DNA of 20,000 bases from an uncultured virus (IMG/VR IMGVR_UViG_3300042526_000204) (Duplodnaviria; Heunggongvirae; Uroviricota; Caudoviricetes): IMG/VR virus record IMGVR_UViG_3300042526_000204. One strand, given 5' to 3'. A program made the translations under genes and the position numbers. This document shows positions 1-8,300 of this stretch, in pieces. Numbering within the stretch: position 1 is the first letter of the stretch; each line of letters opens with the position of its first letter. The notes under the pieces are model-generated. The model had not been told where the DNA came from, ran no database searches, and saw nothing but the letters and a program-made list of their open reading frames with translations.

Positions 1-1702
1 TTTGAGCTTGTATATTACCATCAGTATCTAAAGCAGGAATAAGAAAATTACCTTTATCATCTACTTTATAAGTTTTACCATTTACAGGATAAGTTGCTGT
101 TTTAGAATACTTAGCATCTCCTCCTGGAGGTACTAATCTTACATTACTATTACCATCTGGAGTTGTATAGACAGTATTCATATTTTTAGCATTATGAAGA
201 TTTAAAGATAAACTACCTCCTAAATCATTCAAAACTTTACCAATAGCTGTTGTAGCTTTAGCTCCTACTCCTGCTTGAACATTATCTGCTGTGTAAGTTA
301 TAGGTACATTTTTCTGATATCCAGGTTGTTTAGAATAGATATTAAACAACCTAGCTTTTCCATCTTCTGTTTTAGGATCAATAGCAACATATCTTTTTTT
401 ACCTTTTTCTAAAATACTAATAACAACATTTCCTTTTGCATCTTTTTGTCTACCATTTGCCCATGTAGTGTAGTCTTTATCTACTTCTTGTTGAAGTTTT
501 TGTTTAGCAAAAAGTTGTTTAAACTGTTCTATATATCCTTGACTATCAGGAATACCTGCAAAAGCAGAGTAATCTCCAGCACCAATTTGTTTTCCTAAAG
601 CTAATCTTTCTGCTTCAGTTTTAAGATTTAACTTATTAGCTACAACAGTAAAAAGTTGATTTTTAGAATTTATGATTTCTTTCTTAGTTGTGTTATAAGA
701 ATTATAATCATGAGTTAAAGGATGTTTATCTGTGTCTTGAAAACTAAATCCTACAGGTTGCTCTAATTCTCTCTCTCTAATACCAGCTGCATACTCTTGA
801 TTACCAGCTTCATTCCTTAATTTAGCATTACTAGTTTTAACATCTGTAATACCATATTTTTCTTTAGCATAATTAAGTTCTCTGTAAAAAGCATTGTTTT
901 TAGTGTCATCAATAATAGGAACCCCTTTTTCATCAAACAATGGTTCTTGATAACCAGGTACTCCTAAAGAATTTAATTGTTGCATTGCCCCTAATTGATT
1001 TGGGTCTGCTACTAAAGCTGCTCTATATTTTGATTTTAATTTAGCATCAGTCCAACCTTCTGTACCTCTTTCTCCTTTAATTTGCCAAAGACCTTTGTCA
1101 TAATCCCAAGAAACACTTTTAACTTTACCTACAGCTTCTTTAAGAATATCATCTATAAATACATCAGTAGGTTTCTTTTCTAATAAAGCCTCCCCAGTAA
1201 AAGTATTATAAGTATTTGGATTTTGATAATTGGTCCCTTTAAAATCATCTAACTTTTTAGCTTTTAAAAGTTCCCATTGTTGAGGAGAAATCTTGTTACC
1301 TGCTTTTTCTGCCTGTTTTTTAGTTTCTTCTTCCCAAGCATTATATGCAGCAAGATTACCTTGTATCTTAGCTACCTCTCCCATTTTCCAATCTGAAGTA
1401 ATCCTTCTTTTAAGATCTTCTATTTTAGGCATATAAGAAGCGGCATTCATAGCATCTCCATAGATACCTGAACTAATGTCTCCTACTTGATTTGTGTAGC
1501 CACTTATAATTTGTTGTAATCTAGGGTCATCTACTTTTAAACCTTTTGCTTCTAATAAAGCATTTAGTTCACTGTTAGATTTTGCAGTTTCTTCAACTTC
1601 TTTATCTTTTTTAGCAATAAGTTGCCCCATTAACTCAGAAGGAGCATTATACATAGCATCATCTAAGAAAGTAATATCTGCACCTTTATAAAACTGTCCC
1701 AT
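1..1702 (-). CDS. Putative virion cargo/ejection protein (crAss-like cargo 2 position), truncated by the window edge, at least 567 aa
   Basis: Not in the ORF track. Translated by hand from the ATG at 1702, 2 bp after the upstream TAA (TAATCATG): MGQFYKGADITFLDDAMYNAPSELMGQLIAKKDKEVEETAKSNSELNALLEAKG... The frame stays open to position 2 (...ALDTDGNIQAQ). The function is inferred from its position after the muzzle and cargo-1 genes. Confidence 0.75.
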   Translation of the reverse strand, partial: MGQFYKGADITFLDDAMYNAPSELMGQLIAKKDKEVEETAKSNSELNALLEAKGLKVDDPRLQQIISGYTNQVGDISSGIYGDAMNAASYMPKIEDLKRRITSDWKMGEVAKIQGNLAAYNAWEEETKKQAEKAGNKISPQQWELLKAKKLDDFKGTNYQNPNTYNTFTGEALLEKKPTDVFIDDILKEAVGKVKSVSWDYDKGLWQIKGERGTEGWTDAKLKSKYRAALVADPNQLGAMQQLNSLGVPGYQEPLFDEKGVPIIDDTKNNAFYRELNYAKEKYGITDVKTSNAKLRNEAGNQEYAAGIRERELEQPVGFSFQDTDKHPLTHDYNSYNTTKKEIINSKNQLFTVVANKLNLKTEAERLALGKQIGAGDYSAFAGIPDSQGYIEQFKQLFAKQKLQQEVDKDYTTWANGRQKDAKGNVVISILEKGKKRYVAIDPKTEDGKARLFNIYSKQPGYQKNVPITYTADNVQAGVGAKATTAIGKVLNDLGGSLSLNLHNAKNMNTVYTTPDGNSNVRLVPPGGDAKYSKTATYPVNGKTYKVDDKGNFLIPALDTDGNIQAQ

Positions 1703-1704
1703 GA

Positions 1705-4700
1705 TTATGTAAGTTTAGATTTTTGTTGTTTTAATAACTTTTCAAATTCTGCTCTAGGAATACTAACTTTTTTTCCATTTTCATCAGTGTATACTATATC
1801 CTTATTACTTAAAGTACCATCATCTTCTCCTTGTACATAAGTCCCTGATTTTTTCTGCATATTCCATTTCATTTTACTCTCTTTCATATCATTAAGGTCT
1901 TTACCAGTCTGCATAAGACCTTCAGCAAATTGGTTTCTTCCTTTACCTAAAGCAGTGTAGTAAGCATCCTTAGCAGCTTCATTAGCCATAGCAGCATCAT
2001 ACTCTCCTTTACCTTTAAGTTGATCTGCATTCATAGCTACACCTGATTTCTGTACATCAATACCTGAAATCTGTTGAGCAGCTCCTGCACTAATTTCTGC
2101 TATCTGTTGGTTTAAAGCAGTGTCATAAAGCCAATCCATACCTCTCATTTGGTTTACTCCTCTAGCAGAATTTCTACCTCCTCTTTTACCTCCTCTAGAA
2201 GTAGAGGTAGCTTTTACTATAGCTTGAGCTTTACTAACTTCAATTCCTTGTTTAGCATTGTCAAGAAGTTTCTGAGACTCATCTCCAGCATTTTTATAGA
2301 CATTAGTATGAGTTATATCACTTGCTCTTTGTTCTCCAGCAGTTTTAATACCTGCAGTCATACCTAAATAGTTACCAAACATTTTAGTAAGGTCTCCTAC
2401 ACCAGGTATGCTTCCCATAAACTTACCTGCTTTACTTTGCTTTTTTTCTCCTTTAGGAGTTCCTACTTGACCTCGAGTATAAAAAGCAGCATCTTCTTCT
2501 GCATCAAAACCAGCTTCACCAGGGTCTTCTCTAAAGTCTTCTTGCAGAAATTGTTCTCCTTCTTCTAAATTCATACCAAAACCTCTCACAAAACCTGGGG
2601 CATTTTCTTTGCCTGTACTTACTATAGGGTTTACATATCCATCAGGTGATTTATCTTTATTAGCTGCTAACCAATTTTGAGAAGCTTTATAAGTAGCTGG
2701 TCCAAACATCTTACCAAAACCTTTAGCATTATTTGCTATACCTATATCACTTTGAATAAAGTTCATATCCATTACACCACCAGGATTTAACTCATTGTAC
2801 TTAGCATAAAAGTCTTTAAACATATCTGCATTATATCCTTTACCATATACTATACCTTCAGGTGGAGTTCCTGAATAATATTTCATAACTCCTTTACTTC
2901 CTGTACCATAACCATACTCCATAGAATCTCCTATAGGATTATCTTGTAAACCTGCCATACCTGTACCAAAAGCTGCTACCATAGTATCAGCCATAGCTTG
3001 CATATTGTTTACTTTTTCTTGAAAGTCTAAATCAGCCATTTCTTCTTTTTCAATAGCCATCATCTTTCTCTTAGCAGCATTCTTTACAGCTTGATCTACT
3101 AAAGCTTGTGAAGCAATCTTTTCAAGATTAGCAGTTTGTCTTTCTCTTGTAGCTTTTCTTTCAGCTAAAGTCTTGTTACCTACCTTAAGTCTATCAGAGT
3201 ACACTTTAGTCCCTTCTTCTACATCTTCTCCTACTTCTAATGGAATACCTCCTTGCTCATGAGCAGGTCCTTCAAATTCTCCTACTTGTCCTTGAGGTGT
3301 TTCATACATCTCTCCTCCTTCAACTTCTACATCAGCTTGAACATTGTTTATACCATTAGCACCATATTGGCTATTATTATCTCCAGCAGTTCCTGCATAA
3401 GTATCTCCATTATTTGCACTTTCTCCAGGTTTTAAAACATTAGCATTTATACCTCTACCTACAAAACTTTGAGCAGCTCCTCCTACAGCAGCTACTATAG
3501 GTATCCAAGGATTAGACATAGCTTTAGCTTCTACTTTAGCCATTTGAATATTATAATCATTCAAAGCTTCAGCAGGACTGACTATATAATTAGACCCAAC
3601 ATTACTGGTACCATTAGCATACTTCTTTCTAGGGTTCATTTTTGTTTTCATAATTCCTTGGGAGTTAGTTCCATAACCATGTTTTATTAATCCATTTTGA
3701 GTATAGTATTCAGCTAACTCAACATTAGGTATTTCAATCTCTTCTCCAGATTGTCTTCCATATTTAACAGCTTCTCTAGGTGTTAATTTACTTAACAACC
3801 CAAGTTCATCTTGAATAACACTTGGAGATACAAAAGCATTACCTTCATTATCTGTTGAGTACTGCATTAAATGAGTTGTCTTTGAACCATCTTCATTTAT
3901 CATCATAGGATAATCAGAAGGATTTAAAGCTCTTTGTACAAAGTTTTTATCTTTGTTTCTTTCAGTAATAACTTTAGACATTAACTCATTTTCAAAAGCA
4001 AGTCTAGTAGGAGGATCTCCAATACCATTATCTCCAGTTCCAAAAGCTAATTCTTCTACAGGTATCTTACCAATTAAATTAGGTTTTTTACCATCATCAG
4101 GTAATGCTGTTCCTGCATAAGCTCTAACTTTTTTATAAAAAGTATCTGCCTTTTCAGGATCTGTTTTAGAAAAATCATAAGAGTCATATATTTCTGTTTC
4201 TCCTAGTGCATTCTTTTTATAAGAAACTCTACCTAACATAGTAGCTGCTTGTATAGCAGGGTCAGTAGAAATCATTTGTTTTTTACCTGCTGACATTCCT
4301 TGAAAAGCTTGTTCAACTTCAGGACTGTAATCAATATATTGTGTTCCTCCTGAATCTTTACCTGTTCTTTTCTGAGCATTCTTTACACTCTTAATTAAAG
4401 CTTCTTGTATATCTGGAGTTAAATCTTGAAGACCTAACTTATTATCTTTGGTTGCAATAGCAGTAAGAAACTGAGCAGCTTGGTCTGGCATTAGAGTTCC
4501 TAAAACTTCTCTAGTTACTTTAGTTTTTAAATCTGAAGTAACAGGTACATTGTTTTGTGCTTTCCATTTTTCTAACTGAACTGAATTAGACACAGGAACA
4601 TATTTTACTCCTTCTTCATCTCCAGGCTTTTCTACTTTTCCTCTTTTAGGATTAGTGTTGTAATAGACTACTTTAGATTTTTTTGTTTTACTAGATTCTT

Positions 4701-5292
4701 CTTTTTTTGGTAATTGACCTTGTACAGCCCCTGCTACATCACTTAAAGTGTTTGTTGTATTTAAAGTTGCTGCTGTTGTAATAATTCCAGCTTTATTTCT
4801 AGGAGCTTTAGTTATTACTTTATCAAGAACTTTACCAGTGCCTTTCTCAATTATTTTAGTAAGCTTTTGAAGACTTTCTGCTCCTATTCCTACTCCCATA
4901 CTTGCTGCTGCTATAGGGTTAGCTCTTCCTCCTCTACTAGCTCTTTGAATTGATCTACCTACATTTTTTCCTTCTTTTAATACAGCAGGAACTACTTTCT
5001 CAGCTTTTGCTACAAGTTTATTTACTTTGTTTAATCCTTCAATGTATTTATTTGCTGTTCTTATTGCTTTAAGACCTTTACCTGCTTTTCCAATAACAGG
5101 CAAAGCACCTAAAACTTCTAACCCTGTACCTAAAGAAAACAATCCTTCTTTCTTATAACTCCTATATACATCATCATAAGAAGACATACCTGTAGGGTCA
5201 AAAATTTCAAAGATATCTTCTGCCAGACTATCTTGAGTCTTTGACTTCTTATTTCTTGAAGACCTTTTGTTAGATTTCTTAGGTTGTAACAT
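1705..5292 (-). CDS. Putative virion cargo/ejection protein (crAss001 gp45-like core) with a ~547-aa modular N-terminal extension
   Basis: 1195-aa ORF directly after the muzzle gene. It contains VEVEGGE...GPAHEQGGIP...KVYSDRL, which I recognise from crAss-like cargo proteins. It also has Ala/Gln-rich coiled-coil stretches and short hydrophobic Gly/Ala helices. Confidence 0.65.
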   Translation of the reverse strand: MLQPKKSNKRSSRNKKSKTQDSLAEDIFEIFDPTGMSSYDDVYRSYKKEGLFSLGTGLEVLGALPVIGKAGKGLKAIRTANKYIEGLNKVNKLVAKAEKVVPAVLKEGKNVGRSIQRASRGGRANPIAAASMGVGIGAESLQKLTKIIEKGTGKVLDKVITKAPRNKAGIITTAATLNTTNTLSDVAGAVQGQLPKKEESSKTKKSKVVYYNTNPKRGKVEKPGDEEGVKYVPVSNSVQLEKWKAQNNVPVTSDLKTKVTREVLGTLMPDQAAQFLTAIATKDNKLGLQDLTPDIQEALIKSVKNAQKRTGKDSGGTQYIDYSPEVEQAFQGMSAGKKQMISTDPAIQAATMLGRVSYKKNALGETEIYDSYDFSKTDPEKADTFYKKVRAYAGTALPDDGKKPNLIGKIPVEELAFGTGDNGIGDPPTRLAFENELMSKVITERNKDKNFVQRALNPSDYPMMINEDGSKTTHLMQYSTDNEGNAFVSPSVIQDELGLLSKLTPREAVKYGRQSGEEIEIPNVELAEYYTQNGLIKHGYGTNSQGIMKTKMNPRKKYANGTSNVGSNYIVSPAEALNDYNIQMAKVEAKAMSNPWIPIVAAVGGAAQSFVGRGINANVLKPGESANNGDTYAGTAGDNNSQYGANGINNVQADVEVEGGEMYETPQGQVGEFEGPAHEQGGIPLEVGEDVEEGTKVYSDRLKVGNKTLAERKATRERQTANLEKIASQALVDQAVKNAAKRKMMAIEKEEMADLDFQEKVNNMQAMADTMVAAFGTGMAGLQDNPIGDSMEYGYGTGSKGVMKYYSGTPPEGIVYGKGYNADMFKDFYAKYNELNPGGVMDMNFIQSDIGIANNAKGFGKMFGPATYKASQNWLAANKDKSPDGYVNPIVSTGKENAPGFVRGFGMNLEEGEQFLQEDFREDPGEAGFDAEEDAAFYTRGQVGTPKGEKKQSKAGKFMGSIPGVGDLTKMFGNYLGMTAGIKTAGEQRASDITHTNVYKNAGDESQKLLDNAKQGIEVSKAQAIVKATSTSRGGKRGGRNSARGVNQMRGMDWLYDTALNQQIAEISAGAAQQISGIDVQKSGVAMNADQLKGKGEYDAAMANEAAKDAYYTALGKGRNQFAEGLMQTGKDLNDMKESKMKWNMQKKSGTYVQGEDDGTLSNKDIVYTDENGKKVSIPRAEFEKLLKQQKSKLT

Positions 5293-5320
5293 CTTTCTTT
5301 AATTTATTAAAGGTTGAGAT

Positions 5321-8300
5321 TTATCTTTCTGATTGTTTTTTATCCAAAGCTGAGAAGTTAAAGATTAATCTTGTATCAGCAAAGTTATCAAATATTAACC
5401 TTACCACCAAGAACTTATCTCTGAAACTTTCTAACTGTGACCAATCCTTATTGTAATCAATAGCACTAGGATTAACTACCTTATCTATGTAATAATTACT
5501 TTGAAGAGAAGCTATATTTTTTAAGAACATAGGTACAGTATGAGCTCCAAAAAGGTTGTCTTGTTTTCTATAATCTTTAAGGTTGTTAAGAGTCCAGTCT
5601 CTTTCATTTCTATCTACTGTTACTACTCCTGGAGTATTACTAGTCTGTTGGAAGAAATAGTTGGTGCTATCATTTTGTTTAGGTGCTAAAGTAAGCATTC
5701 CAGTAGTTTGTAAAGTATTATAGAATACCCCTTTGTTAAAAGTCATATTAGGTTGATCTAAATACTCTTCTGAAACAGGGTCAAACTTCTTAGCTTCAGT
5801 TTGAAATAATATGTTATCCCAAACCTTAGTTGTTAAAGGTGAAGGGTTATCTACATACTCTACAATAAAAGGATAAGTAGTTCCATAAAAAGTTTGATAG
5901 TGATTAGGTCTGTTATGTTTCCATATGTAGTTAGACCCTTGTGGCCAAGAATAAAACTTTTCTTGAACATGCATATAGAAACTAGGAATATAAGGATGCC
6001 AACTTACCCACTCTTGTCTCTTTAAAGAGTAAGACATAGTGTACCCATTGTTTAGAATTTGAGGAACAAAGACTTGACCATTTTCATATTCTATTTGAGT
6101 TACAGGATATGTATTTGTAATTTCTACTTCTGTTCTTTCTATAGTAGAAGTTAAAACATTCTTCATATCTAAAGCAAATTGACAAGGAGAAATCATAAGT
6201 TCACTACCTGGACAATCTGTAGTAGCTAATGTAACTGGTATATTATTCTTATCAGAAATTACTGACCACCCATATTGTTCTAGTCCTGGATTAGTATCAG
6301 GAGCAGTTATTAAAGTTTTGTAAGGGTTAACAAGAAGTTTACTTTTTAAAGTTTCCCAATCTGCTGCAAGAGCTGGAGTAGTTGAAAAATATAAATTAAG
6401 AGGAAGATCATTAACTTCTGATATAGTATAGTTTCTCCCCTTAACAGCAGCTAAACAGTGCATAAGAAAGTTCTTAGATTTTGGAGTAGAAATTACAGGA
6501 TAACATATACCAACAAACTTTTCAAATGTAGAATGTACTCCACTTGCCCCTGTAAAATTATTATAATGAGTTGTGTAAGAAGTAGTAGGTTGTCCAGTAA
6601 AAGACATAAGTAAAGTACTAGTTACTATAGTTTGAGGAATTTGAGGATAAGTAGGAGGAGGTCCTAAAGGATCATTTACATATACTATTATTGTTTTATA
6701 AACATTATTGTAGTAAGGATTTACTTCATCTACAGCTTCATTTACAAAAGAGAGAAGTAGAACTTTACCTCTATCTGCTAAAGGAATTAAACTAGGGAAG
6801 TTTAACCATTTCTCTGTAGAGTTATAAACTTTTTGTGAAGTCCCTGTCCAACCTGAAGGCTCTAATTCATCAGTAATCCATTTATCAAAAGCATCTTCTA
6901 ACTGAGCTAACAATACAGGTTCCATAGTATCATCAAAGAAAGCCCAAACATCCATATCATTAGAAACAGAAACAAACTTAGTAACTGTATCAGTTTTAGT
7001 TTGGTAAGTAGTTTTTTCAAACTTCATCTTACAATCTTCTATACCAATATAATCCCACCCTGCTGCAAGTCTTGTTGCTATTATTTGGGCCATGTTAGGA
7101 AAAATAATAGTCTGACTTCCTTCAGAACAAATCTCATAAGAATTTAAAGGAAGATTAGTTATCTGACTATCTTTCTTAGTAATAATAAACCTTTCTTTAT
7201 TACTATCATAAGTAGATAAGAACCCTACTCCTAAAAGATTTGAGGGATTATTGTTGTATGGATATTCTCTTTTATTAATCTCATAGTATTGATCTTCTAG
7301 TAAAAAGTCCATGTGAGTTTTAAAGTAATTGCTATTACCACTATCACTAATAGGTTGTAAACTTTCTCCATTAAACAAATACCATTTCTTTTCTTTCCAA
7401 GATGGAAATAAGATACCATACTTAGTTTTAGTTCTTGCCCACTTATGTCTATTACCAGCAGAAGAGTTACTATCATCTACCATCTTTCTAGGAGGAATAG
7501 AAAAATACTCTCCTGTTCCAATAAAAGTTATTACATCATTAGTAACTCTTTCTTGGAAAGTCTGAGGACAATGCCATAACCCTTCTTCAGTATGAATATA
7601 AAGATTGTTTTGTACTCTAAAGATATCAGTAATCTCACCTGTCTCAGCTTCCAAATCTTTGTAGTTGTTAGGTAAGAACATTCTAAAGTTATCAGTAAGT
7701 TCTTCTTGGAAAGCTTGTTCTGACCAGTGCCATCTATGAGGAAAAGTTTCTATACAATCTGAACAACAATCATATTCTAAAGCTAAATGATTAAATATTT
7801 TTTGCTTGTTTCTTCTTGTATAATCAGGGTTTATTAGATAAACTTCTCCTGGAGGTATTTGTAAATAAGATCTTCCTCCTTGTCTTTTTTCATCTAAGTA
7901 GGTTAATTTGTTTAGCATGTAAAAATCAAAAGTAGTTGTAGGAAGAAGAGTGGTATCTCTTACATACCAAACACCATGAAACTCCCCATTAATTTCTACA
8001 TGGGTAACACCAGATTCTACTTTCCCTGGAGAATCTATAAAACCTGTAGTACCATCACTGAAACTATGTCTTAATCCCATGTTTACAGCTGACTCAAACC
8101 AAAGATTTACACACTCTCCTAACCATTGAATTTCATCATCTCCAGGATTAGCACTAAATCCTCTTTCATTAAATGAAACAGGGTCAGTATCATACAAAAC
8201 AAAACTGTCTGAAATAGTATCTCTTAATCCTACTTTATACATTTGATTATAAGCCTTACTCCAAGCTTCTGTTTTTACACCTGATAAAGTTAAAGCAACA

